Source: Parcubacteria group bacterium
GTDB taxonomy: Bacteria; Patescibacteriota; Minisyncoccia; Moranbacterales; UBA2206
Length of the DNA: 64,000 bases
Reading direction: 5' to 3'
NCBI GenBank assembly: GCA_041659505.1
Contig: JBAZYF010000001.1
Location: 412,933 to 476,932 of the forward strand
In this document: positions 46,724-55,444 of the stretch, piece after piece
Numbering within the stretch: position 1 is the first letter of the stretch
Layout of the letters: each line of letters starts with the position of its first letter
The notes under the pieces: generated by a model
Database searches by the model: none
Told to the model about the DNA's origin: nothing
Seen by the model: only the letters and a program-made list of their open reading frames with translations
Made by a program: the position numbers and the translations under genes

Positions 46724-47131
46724 ATGAAAATAATTCTGCTAATTGAAGACAAGCCGGAAGAAATGGCTAAAGCTAAATTGATTTTGTCAGAAAAAGGTTG
46801 TCGGTTCGTTTCGGCCGACAATCTAGACGATGCCATGCGGGTTTGGTCAAAACTTGGAAACAAGATTTACGGAATCTTGACCGATCTCCATTTCCCAGAA
46901 AGAATTGGAGAAAAAGAAACAGCTTGTGGATTTGCGGTGGTCACTCGCGCAGTGCGGATGGGAATTCCAGTTTCCATTTGTACTGATGTTAATCACCATT
47001 TCTGCGGATATCTTAAATATTTTATGGAAGATATTGAAATGCTGACCCACCAAAATGTTCCATATACCATGGACAATAAAAATTGGCAACAAGCGGTTCA
47101 GAAACTAATCGAACAATTCAAGGAGGATTGA
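46724..47131 (+). CDS. Stand-alone receiver (REC)-like domain protein, partly degenerate
   Basis: MKIILLIEDKPEE...ILTDLHFPE... acidic pocket plus Asp. No output domain. Confidence 0.45.
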   Translation: MKIILLIEDKPEEMAKAKLILSEKGCRFVSADNLDDAMRVWSKLGNKIYGILTDLHFPERIGEKETACGFAVVTRAVRMGIPVSICTDVNHHFCGYLKYFMEDIEMLTHQNVPYTMDNKNWQQAVQKLIEQFKED

Positions 47132-47132
47132 T

Positions 47133-47444
47133 ATGCAAAAATTGATGATTATTGGTGGAGATATTTTGGGCGAAACACTTAAGGTGGTCTTGGCTGACTA
47201 CTTTGATGAAGTGATTGTCGTGGACCACAAACAAGCATTGGAAACTTTTTTCCTTGAGGATCCTACTCATGTGCTTATTTCTGACACGCTCGGTTCTCCT
47301 GGAGATGCGCAGGTAATGAAAGATATCCGTGGCGCGAACGTATCTAGCCGGATTGTTTGCTATGGTTTCGGTGGAAATGTGGATATTAAGCTTCCAATTA
47401 AAAAAGAGGAACTCATCAGTGTTCTAATGGGCGAAAAGGAGTAA
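47133..47444 (+). CDS. Stand-alone pseudo-receiver domain protein
   Basis: REC-like ...VLISDTLGSPGDAQV...LPIKKEELISVL, but the N-terminal acidic pair is replaced (IIGGDIL). Confidence 0.4.
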   Translation: MQKLMIIGGDILGETLKVVLADYFDEVIVVDHKQALETFFLEDPTHVLISDTLGSPGDAQVMKDIRGANVSSRIVCYGFGGNVDIKLPIKKEELISVLMGEKE

Positions 47445-47446
47445 AA

Positions 47447-47797
47447 ATGAAAATTCTGTATATCGACGACGATGCTGAATTGCGTTATCATTTCAAATCC
47501 ATGCTGGAGGAGCATAGAGGCCACGCTGTCGAAGTGGCTTCTAGCGGGGACGAGGGCACTAACATGATTGCAGGCAGTGCTTTTGATTTAGTTATTACTG
47601 ACATGCAAATGCCTGGAATGTCCGGGTTGGATGTTATCCGTTTTGTTAAGGATAGATATCCAGAAATAAAATTAATTCTCAAATCCAAAGGTTTCTTTAG
47701 GAAAGTCGCGGAAAAAGAAGGCGTTCCTTTTTATGCTATGATGGAGGGCACTAAATATTTATTGGATATGGTTGAAAACATGTCCAAAGTTCTTTAA
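47447..47797 (+). CDS. CheY-like single-domain response regulator (receiver only)
   Basis: MKILYIDDDAEL...LVITDMQMPGMSGLDVIRFVKDRYPEIKLILKSKG: the canonical DD, phospho-acceptor Asp, Thr/Ser and Lys positions. Confidence 0.72.
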   Translation: MKILYIDDDAELRYHFKSMLEEHRGHAVEVASSGDEGTNMIAGSAFDLVITDMQMPGMSGLDVIRFVKDRYPEIKLILKSKGFFRKVAEKEGVPFYAMMEGTKYLLDMVENMSKVL

Positions 47798-47929
47798 ACC
47801 ACAAACCGACTTTGAGTCAAGTCGTAAAACATGGCTCTTTTTTTATTTTCAATAAAACAAAAAACAACTCATATTTTTGGGGAATATGAGCAAAATTTTG
47901 CTTTCAAGTGAAGTGAAAAAACTTTTTTG

Positions 47930-48005
47930 TGGGCGTGAGAGGACTCGAACCTCTGAAACCTCTACAATGTCAATGTAGCGCTCTAACCAACTGAGCTACA
48001 CGCCC
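47930..48005 (-). tRNA. tRNA-Val (anticodon GAC)
   Basis: Acceptor GGGCGTG/CACGCCC, D arm GCTC-AGTTGGTTA-GAGC, anticodon stem CTACA/TGTAG with loop TTGACAT, T arm AGAGG-TTCGAGT-CCTCT. The variable region looks 7 nt long. Confidence 0.72.
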
Positions 48006-48013
48006 AAATTATT

Positions 48014-48065
48014 ATATTTCCCCTTCTCCCTCCGGGAGAAGGTGGCTGAAAGCCGGATGAGGGTG
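48014..48065 (+). repeat. Half copy (module A only) of the composite palindromic repeat, directly abutting the tRNA-Val gene
   Basis: TATATTTCCCCTTCTCCCTCCGGGAGAAGGTGGCTGAAAGCCGGATGAGGGTG. Confidence 0.7.
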
Positions 48066-48123
48066 CTTTGTGTAATATTATCCAACTTGTCTAGCCTACC
48101 TCAAAAAACCATTCCCGTCAAAA

Positions 48124-49128
48124 CTATTCCTCAGTTTCAACTTCGATTGTTTTCATTGCTTCGCCACCTGTCAGTGCGGTTGCTTCTGCCCCGATTTCCT
48201 CTACTTTCTCCTCCACTACTTCTTTTACTTTCGGCGTGGCAATGACATAGAAAAATAGAACCCAAGCCACTTCGGAAAAAGCGCTGAAAATGGAATAAAA
48301 AAGAATGGCAGAGGGAATGAAAACGGCAAGACCCAACGCAAGAGCAATGATTGCACCGGTATTTTTGAAGGCGAAAAATAAAGCCAATCCGATGAGGCCA
48401 AAAATAATAAGAACGATGAGGGCAATCGCGATGAGAACAAAAAAGGAAAGAATACCAAGAGGAATGAAAAGCAGTGACATGATGATGCTAGCGAGAATAT
48501 TTTTCTTGAAAAGCGCATAAGCATTTTCCACGGCGAGCCACGGTTTCAAATCAGCCAGTACGACATAAAAACAGGCATAGGTTTGGATATACTTGGCGAG
48601 GATTAGCAAAGGAATGAGGATTGCGACAGCCAAAATTGCCAGTATTGTAGCGATAATATAGGATTTTGCGACAAACAGGATTGCGATGGGGACAAAAAGT
48701 ATAATAAAACAAACGGCGACGACTAATCCGGAGAAAAAAAATATAGAGAATATGGGCCAAAAATATTTCTTACCATCCCGGAACCCTATTTTGAAACTAT
48801 TTGGCTCATTTTTCAAGATTTTTTGGGTTGATTTAACCAGTGCTCCTCTGCCGATAAAATTTAAAACCAGAAAAATTAGGCAAAGCAAAATTAGGATCAT
48901 AAGGCCAATGGCCAGTAGAGCAGAATGTTTCGCAATAAATTCTTGCAAGTGAAATTTTTCTGTGAAAGTTTGCCAATCTTGACTTGATTTTTCATCACCG
49001 GAAGAAAAGTAGTTGAAATTTACTCCTCCGGAAGCGAGCATGAAAAGACCAAACCACCACAAAAAGCGGTTATTCCAAGTGATCTTCCACGCGTCGCGGA
49101 AAATTTTTAGGTAATCGATGTTTGGCAT
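48124..49128 (-). CDS. Polytopic membrane protein, unknown function
   Basis: 334 aa with about 8 TM helices and an acidic C-terminal tail (EVVEEKVEEIGAEATALTGGEAMKTIEVETEE). Confidence 0.5.
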   Translation of the reverse strand: MPNIDYLKIFRDAWKITWNNRFLWWFGLFMLASGGVNFNYFSSGDEKSSQDWQTFTEKFHLQEFIAKHSALLAIGLMILILLCLIFLVLNFIGRGALVKSTQKILKNEPNSFKIGFRDGKKYFWPIFSIFFFSGLVVAVCFIILFVPIAILFVAKSYIIATILAILAVAILIPLLILAKYIQTYACFYVVLADLKPWLAVENAYALFKKNILASIIMSLLFIPLGILSFFVLIAIALIVLIIFGLIGLALFFAFKNTGAIIALALGLAVFIPSAILFYSIFSAFSEVAWVLFFYVIATPKVKEVVEEKVEEIGAEATALTGGEAMKTIEVETEE

Positions 49129-49170
49129 AGATTTGTATTTTATGACTTACGCATCTACTTCAAAGACAAC

Positions 49171-49300
49171 TGTCATCCTGAGCGAAGTCCGTACTCGGAC
49201 GAAGTCGAAGGATCTGTCATTGATAACCGTAGTTTATGTAATTTGTAGTAATACTGACGATAGCCAGAGGTAGATCCTTCGGCTTCGCTCAGGATGACAA
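49171..49300. repeat. Large inverted repeat / hairpin between the ftsH stop and the downstream membrane-protein gene
   Basis: TGTCATCCTGAGCGAAG...GAAGGATCT at 49171-49216 is complementary to AGATCCTTCGGCTTCGCTCAGGATGACA at 49269-49296. The left arm carries a nested hairpin GTCCGTACTCGGAC. Confidence 0.55.
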
Positions 49301-49303
49301 TTT

Positions 49304-51223
49304 CTAGATATTCTTAACTTCCACAGCTTCAATTTTTTCCTGCGTAGTTTCTGTGGCCATTTCAACTGGTTCAATGATAATAGCTTCGTCCTCGTTCTTT
49401 TTTGCTGGTGCAATTCCCATAATCGCATTGAACTCAGCTTGTTCAATTGTTTCTTTCTCAAGAAGAACGTTGGAAATTTTATCCAAAAGCTCTTTCTTTT
49501 CAATGAGGATTTTCTCCGCGACCTTGTAGGCATCGGCGATAAATTTGGTGACTTGGTTGTCAATTTCTCGGGCGGTTTCTTCAGAATAATTCTTTTCTTC
49601 GTGCATTTCCTTGCCTAAAAAGACCATTTCTTCCTTGTGGCCAAAAGTGCGCGGTCCCAGATCGCTCATTCCATAACGCGTGACCAAATTTCTCGCAATC
49701 GCGGTTGCTCGCTCCAAATCATTGGAAGCCCCGGTCGTAATGTCGCCAAAAGTCAATCTTTCACTGAGGTATCCACCCAAAAAGACGGAAAGCTCATCGA
49801 TGAAATAATTGCGGGATTGTAGAGTTTTGTCTTTGGTTGGTGCGTTTAGGGTATAGCCACCAGCATGACCGCGGGAAATGATGGAAATTTTTTGAACGGG
49901 ATCGGCGTGTTTCAGCGTGGCAGCAATCAGTGCGTGTCCCGCTTCGTGATAGGCGATGATTTTTTTTTCATCTTCATCAATGCGGCGACTCTTCCTTTCT
50001 GGCCCAAGGATGACTTTCTCGATCGATTCCGCAAGCTCGTTCATGCCGATAGTTTTCATGCCTCTTCTAGCAGCCAGAATTGCAGCTTCATTAAGTAGAT
50101 TAGCCAGGTCAGCTCCGGAAAATCCCGGTGTTCGTTGAGCAATAACGCGTAGATCAATATCTTTTACCAAAGGTTTATTTTTAGAATGAATCTTGAGAAT
50201 CGCTGTGCGTTCTTCAATGTCTGGCAAATCCATAACCACGCGACGATCAAAGCGTCCTGGCCGAAGGAGCGCCGGATCAAGCACGTCAGGGCGGTTAGTA
50301 GCGGCAATGACAATTACATTAGTATTAGTATCAAAACCATCCATCTCCACCAGAATTTGATTCAAAGTTTGTTCCCGTTCGTCATGTCCCCCGCCTAAGC
50401 CTGCTCCACGATGGCGTCCAACGGCATCAATTTCATCAATGAAAACAATAGCCGGTGAATTTTTCTTGGCTTGTTTGAATAGGTCACGCACACGAGATGC
50501 TCCCACTCCGACAAACATTTCTACGAATTCCGAACCGGAGATATTGAAAAATGGTACATTGGCTTCTCCAGCAACTGCTTTGGCAATCAAAGTTTTGCCT
50601 GTTCCAGGAGAACCGAGGAGAAGCACACCTTTAGGAATCTTAGCGCCAAGGCTCAAAAATTTCTTGGGAGTTTTCAAAAATTCTACAATTTCATAGAGTT
50701 CTTCCTTGGCTTCCTTGGCTCCGGCGACATCGGCGAAAATGACACGGTTTTTTTTGTCTTTCGGGTCCGATACGCGCGCCTTGGATGTTCCAAACGACAA
50801 TGCTTGATTATTCCCTCTTTGCGCTTGGCGGAGCATAAACCAAATGAAGCCGGCAATAAGTAGGAACGGCAAAAGAAAAGGCAAGATTGTTCCCAACCAA
50901 AGGCTGGCGGAACTTTCGCCTTTGACGACAATATTCACTGCATCAAGTTTTGCCGGGTCAACCCCATAATTTTTAAAAGTTTCCGTCAGCCCCGCTTCTT
51001 TTTCTTTGGTTGATTTCTCTGTCGTTCCGTCAGTCATGATGATGGCGAGGTCGCTGTCAGTCACATCGATCTCTTTGATTTTTTGATCATTGATTTGAGA
51101 GACGAGCGTGGAAAGTGAAATGTCCGTCGGTTTTTTCTCGGGGTTATTGAGTAAAATTAGGATACCGGAAATAAAGAGAAAGAAAAGTAGTGCGTAGCTA
51201 ATATTGCGTAGGAGATTTTTCAT
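49304..51223 (-). CDS. ftsH: ATP-dependent zinc metalloprotease FtsH
   Basis: N-terminal TMs, AAA Walker [24 protein letters not shown], and the Zn-binding HEAGHALIA. Confidence 0.95.
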   Translation of the reverse strand: MKNLLRNISYALLFFLFISGILILLNNPEKKPTDISLSTLVSQINDQKIKEIDVTDSDLAIIMTDGTTEKSTKEKEAGLTETFKNYGVDPAKLDAVNIVVKGESSASLWLGTILPFLLPFLLIAGFIWFMLRQAQRGNNQALSFGTSKARVSDPKDKKNRVIFADVAGAKEAKEELYEIVEFLKTPKKFLSLGAKIPKGVLLLGSPGTGKTLIAKAVAGEANVPFFNISGSEFVEMFVGVGASRVRDLFKQAKKNSPAIVFIDEIDAVGRHRGAGLGGGHDEREQTLNQILVEMDGFDTNTNVIVIAATNRPDVLDPALLRPGRFDRRVVMDLPDIEERTAILKIHSKNKPLVKDIDLRVIAQRTPGFSGADLANLLNEAAILAARRGMKTIGMNELAESIEKVILGPERKSRRIDEDEKKIIAYHEAGHALIAATLKHADPVQKISIISRGHAGGYTLNAPTKDKTLQSRNYFIDELSVFLGGYLSERLTFGDITTGASNDLERATAIARNLVTRYGMSDLGPRTFGHKEEMVFLGKEMHEEKNYSEETAREIDNQVTKFIADAYKVAEKILIEKKELLDKISNVLLEKETIEQAEFNAIMGIAPAKKNEDEAIIIEPVEMATETTQEKIEAVEVKNI

Positions 51224-51243
51224 ATGTTTTATTATGTAAAAAA

Positions 51244-52197
51244 TTAAATAAGTTCTAAGTTAATTTTATCACCTCTGCGGGTCATTTTCAATCCCCCACT
51301 GGAGACGATTTGGTTTTTGTTTTTTGTACTCCGGATGGCCTTCAAGATTTCTTCAATCTGTGAATAGTTCTCGTGAGCGTCGGCCGGTTTTTTTAGCGCT
51401 ATTGTTTTTAGTAGAATTCTCTTTTGAATCGCTTCTGGCATTGCTAGTATTTTTTTCACACTCAGCACTTTGTTTTCTTCCCACGCTTTTTCTGTCAGTT
51501 CTTCGATTACCGCATAATCCTCCGAAAAAGTCCGGGCACTTTTGGCGAGCAATTGTCGCAAATTAGGATTGTAATTTTTTTCCAGATAGGGAATTAATTT
51601 ATTCCTAATCTTATTTCTCAGATAAATTGATTCTCTGTTTGTCTTGTCGATGCGGTAACTTAATTTATTTTCTTTCAAATATGCAATAATTTCTTTGCGC
51701 GTCATCTCGAGCAGCGGTCGGATAATATTTCCGTTTTTCGCACTCATTGCTGAAAGTCCAGCGAGTCCTGTTCCGCGGATCAGTCGCATCAGCACCGTTT
51801 CCGCTTGATCATCAGCGTTGTGCGCGACCGCGATCAGATCAAATTTATTTTCTTTGCGCAATCTTTCAAAAAAAGTATACCGCACATCGCGCAAATATTC
51901 TTCTGATTGATTTTTCTCTTCAATCTTGGCGTCAAGAATATCCAGTGATAAGTTATATTTTTCGGCTAGCTTTTCTACAAACTCTTCATCCTGGTTACTA
52001 TCTTTCCCTCGCAGATGATAATTGACGTGAGCAATGGATAATTCTAAATTATATTTTTTTTGTAGTTTGGAAAATACATCAAGAAGCACTGTTGAGTCCG
52101 GTCCGCCGGAAACTCCCAAAACAATTTTAGCTTCTCTTTCTAAAAGAGAGTTTATAGAAATAAAGTTTTGGATTTTTTTGATCAGATTAGGCATCAT
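51244..52197 (-). CDS. tilS: tRNA(Ile)-lysidine synthetase
   Basis: PP-loop VLGVSGGPDSTVLLDVF. Conserved position upstream of ftsH. Confidence 0.88.
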   Translation of the reverse strand: MMPNLIKKIQNFISINSLLEREAKIVLGVSGGPDSTVLLDVFSKLQKKYNLELSIAHVNYHLRGKDSNQDEEFVEKLAEKYNLSLDILDAKIEEKNQSEEYLRDVRYTFFERLRKENKFDLIAVAHNADDQAETVLMRLIRGTGLAGLSAMSAKNGNIIRPLLEMTRKEIIAYLKENKLSYRIDKTNRESIYLRNKIRNKLIPYLEKNYNPNLRQLLAKSARTFSEDYAVIEELTEKAWEENKVLSVKKILAMPEAIQKRILLKTIALKKPADAHENYSQIEEILKAIRSTKNKNQIVSSGGLKMTRRGDKINLELI

Positions 52198-52227
52198 CGT
52201 GTGAGCAAACAGGCTGCCGGATCTTAG

Positions 52228-52809
52228 CTATGAGAGTTTGAATCCCTCCGTTTTTAAAATTTCTACAATTTCATTAACAGCCTCTTCTAGCATATCTTGT
52301 TTATTAGTGACTATAAAATCATAATAAGACATTTCATTTTTTATTTCAGTTGCAGCGTTGACTAGCCTATCAGCTAACTCTTCTTCGGTGATAGATGGCT
52401 CTCTATTAAGGATTCGCTTCCTTATATTTTCTATTAAATCGGGTTTAATAAAGATTGTTGTTGCGTTATAATTTTCTTTGAAATATTTCGTTCCTACAAT
52501 GTCTGGATTGGCGATTATATTAAAGCCACCGACTATTTTTTTATCCAAGTCTGGCTTGTAGCTTCCATAATATACTCCTCTATTTTTTACGTAAGTATGC
52601 TCGATAATGTTTTTATTAATGATTTCATCTTTAAACTTTTCTTCGGACAAAAAATAATAGTCAATGGCTTCTTGCTCCCCAATTCTCATTGATCGCGTAG
52701 TCGCGGCAACCAGACGCTTAAAAATAGGAAAACGCTTAACGATTTCATTTGTTAGGGTGCTTTCTCCGCATCCAGTTGGGCCGGAGATAATTAGTACTCG
52801 TTTATGCAT
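52228..52809 (-). CDS. gmk: Guanylate kinase
   Basis: P-loop LIISGPTGCGESTL and the Gmk signature ATTRSMRIGEQEAIDYYFLSEEKF...YYGSY. Confidence 0.75.
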   Translation of the reverse strand: MHKRVLIISGPTGCGESTLTNEIVKRFPIFKRLVAATTRSMRIGEQEAIDYYFLSEEKFKDEIINKNIIEHTYVKNRGVYYGSYKPDLDKKIVGGFNIIANPDIVGTKYFKENYNATTIFIKPDLIENIRKRILNREPSITEEELADRLVNAATEIKNEMSYYDFIVTNKQDMLEEAVNEIVEILKTEGFKLS

Positions 52810-52811
52810 AT

Positions 52812-54206
52812 TTATTCTTTCTCTTTTTTCTCCTTCTTAACCTTCTTCACTTTTTTCTCAGCTGGTTTCTCTGCGTCTTCTTTTGCTTCTTCAGTTTTTT
52901 CGATTTTTTCTTTCTTGGATTTCTTCTCTACCTTTTCTGTATCAGCATCAACTTCTTCCGCCTTTTCTTTTTTAACTTTCTTCTCCTTTTCCGGCTTATC
53001 AATAAGTGTCAGTCCCATACGGTGTTCGCGTGGTTCGATAGAAAGAATTTTCCAGCTGTAATCCTCCCCAGTCTTGATCAGATCGCCAAGACTTTTCCCT
53101 GGATGTGTATCGAGCATTTCGCTGATGTGTGCCAGGCCGTGGATATCATTGTCGAGATAGACAAAAGCGCCAAAGTGATTGATTTTGTGAACTTTTCCTG
53201 TCACGATGTCCCCCACCTTATATTTATTCGTCGCTTCGCTCCATGGGTCAGCCTGCAGTGCGCGAATGGAAAGCGAAATTTTATCATTATCAATACCGAT
53301 AATTTTAGCCTCAACCTTATCTCCTACTTTTACGATTGTGCGTGGGTTTTCGATCAATTGCCAAGCCAGTTCTGAAATATGTACCAAGCCTTCGACTTTT
53401 TCTCTTTCATTGATCTCGCCGTCATCGTTTCTTGGAGAGAATTTTACGAACGCACCAAAATCCACCACTCCGGAAATTTCACCGGAAATCACATCACCAA
53501 CTTTGAAATTGGAAATAGTTTCCTTATCGCGGTCGCTTTGCGCCGCTTTTTCACTGGCAATCAATTTTTCGGCTTCACGATCAATGTCCAAAACACAAAC
53601 TTCCAATTCTTTTCCGACCAGTTTTTTGAGCAAGTTTAGAATCTTATTTTTATCTCCATCTTCAACGCGAGGATAGTTTTTGCTAGAAAGTTGTGACACA
53701 GGCAAAAATCCGGCAATCCCATTGATTTCGATAAGCAGTCCGCCTTTATTAGCGCTGATAACTTTCGTCTTGACCTTATCCCCTGCGTCTCGTTTCTTTT
53801 CGATATCCTCCCATGCTTTTTCATAGGAAGCTTCGCGGATGGAAAGTTCGATGTAACCCTCTTCATTTTCCAAATCAGTCACAGTAGCAGAAACCTTATC
53901 GCCCAATTTTAGTTTTCCAGAGCCCATGCCATCCTTAATTTCTTTGCCCAAAACCAATCCTGTTCCGAATGGTCCGAGATCCAGATAGATTTCGCTGGAA
54001 GAAACTTCTAAAACTGTTCCAATAACAGTGTTGCCCACTATTGGAAACTCAATCGGGTTGTCCAAAAGTAATTGTTCCATAAAAGAAACTTTCTTTTCTT
54101 CCGGCGCAGTTTTTTCGTCTGCCGGCGCAGTCGTGACAGGAGCACTAATTTTTTCATCACTCAATTTATCCACTTCATCAGCAAGACTAGCCAATATATC
54201 GTTCAT
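52812..54206 (-). CDS. rpsA: Ribosomal protein S1-like (multiple S1 domains) with a Lys/Glu-rich C-terminal tail
   Basis: Repeated S1-domain G-D-x-V-x-G-x-V motifs (VGDVISGEISGVVDFGAFV, VGDIVTGKVHKINHFGAFV). C-terminal KKEKKEKE low complexity. Confidence 0.8.
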   Translation of the reverse strand: MNDILASLADEVDKLSDEKISAPVTTAPADEKTAPEEKKVSFMEQLLLDNPIEFPIVGNTVIGTVLEVSSSEIYLDLGPFGTGLVLGKEIKDGMGSGKLKLGDKVSATVTDLENEEGYIELSIREASYEKAWEDIEKKRDAGDKVKTKVISANKGGLLIEINGIAGFLPVSQLSSKNYPRVEDGDKNKILNLLKKLVGKELEVCVLDIDREAEKLIASEKAAQSDRDKETISNFKVGDVISGEISGVVDFGAFVKFSPRNDDGEINEREKVEGLVHISELAWQLIENPRTIVKVGDKVEAKIIGIDNDKISLSIRALQADPWSEATNKYKVGDIVTGKVHKINHFGAFVYLDNDIHGLAHISEMLDTHPGKSLGDLIKTGEDYSWKILSIEPREHRMGLTLIDKPEKEKKVKKEKAEEVDADTEKVEKKSKKEKIEKTEEAKEDAEKPAEKKVKKVKKEKKEKE

Positions 54207-54439
54207 TTGATTAAATTTTTTGCAACTGACATCAGGGCTGCAAGATAATGATTATGAATGTCTTAAATCTTTATAATAAATAAAAAATTTCCAAACAGTG
54301 TGGAAATTATTAAGAGTGCGCCCCTAAAGGCTAGAAAGTCAGGAATTAAAGCATTCCCCTATTCATTTTTCTTAATAATTAACGTAAATTGAGTATACTC
54401 CACCTTTTTTGTTTTGGCAAGTCTCGTGGTGAGTTATTA

Positions 54440-54477
54440 GCATACGCAGAATGTTTTGCGTATGCTAATAATTGAGC
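54440..54477. other. Perfect 14-bp hairpin 12 nt past the stop of the 54489-54926 gene
   Basis: TTATTAGCATACGC-agaatgtttt-GCGTATGCTAATAA. Neither strand has a following T-run. Confidence 0.4.
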
Positions 54478-54488
54478 GACCAGATTAT

Positions 54489-54926
54489 TCAACAGAAATG
54501 ATCCGTCTGGTCAGGCCTCGGAATGATTTTCTCCCGTGGCCTTGATTTGAGAATTTCCTGGATCTTTGTCCAGAGGCTTGTGCGGGTTGTAAAGTGTTGG
54601 AATCCTAAATCCGCGTATATAGACATATGATCAAATGTGCTATGGTTCCAGACGATAATCGTTTGGTTTTTCATTGTTTCGGGAACCGCTTTTGCTTTTG
54701 ATATCCCAGCGCCCAGATTGTTACCAATAACAACAAGATTAAAATCTTGATCCTTAAGGATCCACTCGATGTTGTGGCACAGATCGCCACTAGCCTGACG
54801 GTATACATTATCCGATCCCAACTGAAACTCCGTCGTCGCATTGATGCTTGTAGCAGTTGGGTTGAACTCAACAAGAAACTGCAAGTCTTCATCAAGGTAT
54901 AATACGCGTAGTTGTTCCATAAGCAC
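54489..54926 (-). CDS. Hypothetical protein with a degenerate receiver-like fold
   Basis: The N-terminus LRVLYLDEDLQFL and ...DFNLVVIGNNLGAG...K... resemble a pseudo-REC domain. Weak. Confidence 0.35.
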   Translation of the reverse strand: MLMEQLRVLYLDEDLQFLVEFNPTATSINATTEFQLGSDNVYRQASGDLCHNIEWILKDQDFNLVVIGNNLGAGISKAKAVPETMKNQTIIVWNHSTFDHMSIYADLGFQHFTTRTSLWTKIQEILKSRPREKIIPRPDQTDHFC

Positions 54927-55032
54927 CCCCCTCTGTTGTTGTTAAAAGATATTTTATTGCTGATTAAGCTTTAGTATGTACTAGCTATAATTAAGCGCAT
55001 TAATGACAAAAAGTCAAATTTATCTGTGTTTG

Positions 55033-55104
55033 TGCTCTCGTCAAGAATCGAACTTGAATCTAAGGCTTAGGAGTCCCTTGTTCTATCCGTTGAACTACGA
55101 GAGC
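55033..55104 (-). tRNA. tRNA-Arg (anticodon CCT), with an atypical anticodon stem
   Basis: Acceptor GCTCTCG/CGAGAGC, D arm GTTC-AACGGATA-GAAC, anticodon loop CUCCUAA, T arm TCAAG-TTCGATT-CTTGA. The anticodon stem AGGGA/GCCTT has an A-G mismatch at 31-39 and a G.U pair. Confidence 0.55.
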
Positions 55105-55112
55105 TATCTTTG

Positions 55113-55186
55113 TGGACGATACTGGGTTCGAACCAGTGACCTCACGAATGTGAATCGTGCGCTCTAACCAACTGAGCTAATCGTCC
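55113..55186 (-). tRNA. tRNA-Val (anticodon CAC)
   Basis: Acceptor GGACGAT/ATCGTCC, D arm GCTC-AGTTGGTTA-GAGC, anticodon stem CACGA/TCGTG with loop TTCACAT, T arm ACTGG-TTCGAAC-CCAGT. Confidence 0.85.
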
Positions 55187-55218
55187 AAAATTTTCTCTTT
55201 CAATAATAATTACAATTG

Positions 55219-55291
55219 TGGACCTGAGGAGGATCGAACTCCTTGCCTCTCGCATGCCATGCGAACGCTCTACCAATTGAGCTACAGGCCC
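55219..55291 (-). tRNA. tRNA-Ala (anticodon GGC)
   Basis: Acceptor GGGCCTG/CAGGTCC with the G3.U70 Ala identity pair. Anticodon stem TTCGC/GCGAG with loop ATGGCAT. T arm AGGAG-TTCGATC-CTCCT. Confidence 0.85.
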
Positions 55292-55444
55292 TATTTCGCT
55301 ATTTTTAGTATTAAGCCAAAACAAAATATTGCCTACTAATCATAACAGTTAATGCGAGATAGTCAATTTAATGTGTAATTTGAATTCAATTTGCGGTTAT
55401 AGACAAAAAATACTACACTATCAGTAATTATCCGGGCTACTATT

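Noticed and set aside
47812-47860. Possible terminator after the receiver-domain operon (CGACTTTGAGTCAAGTCG hairpin)
   Set aside because: The stem is short and AT-containing, and the following T-run is separated by GC sequence. It is too weak to annotate with confidence.
49234-49563. 109-aa minus-strand ORF at the ftsH 3' end
   Set aside because: It starts inside ftsH in another frame and runs through the inverted repeat. The basic low-complexity translation is an artefact of the repeat.
52804-53676. Plus-strand ORFs (85, 117, 156, 86 aa) opposite rpsA
   Set aside because: They are antisense to a well-supported S1-domain gene, with low-complexity S/F/L-rich translations typical of the reverse strand of a K/E-rich coding region.
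55142-55324. 60-aa minus-strand ORF
   Set aside because: It overlaps the tRNA-Val(CAC) and tRNA-Ala genes entirely. It is a translation of tRNA sequence.
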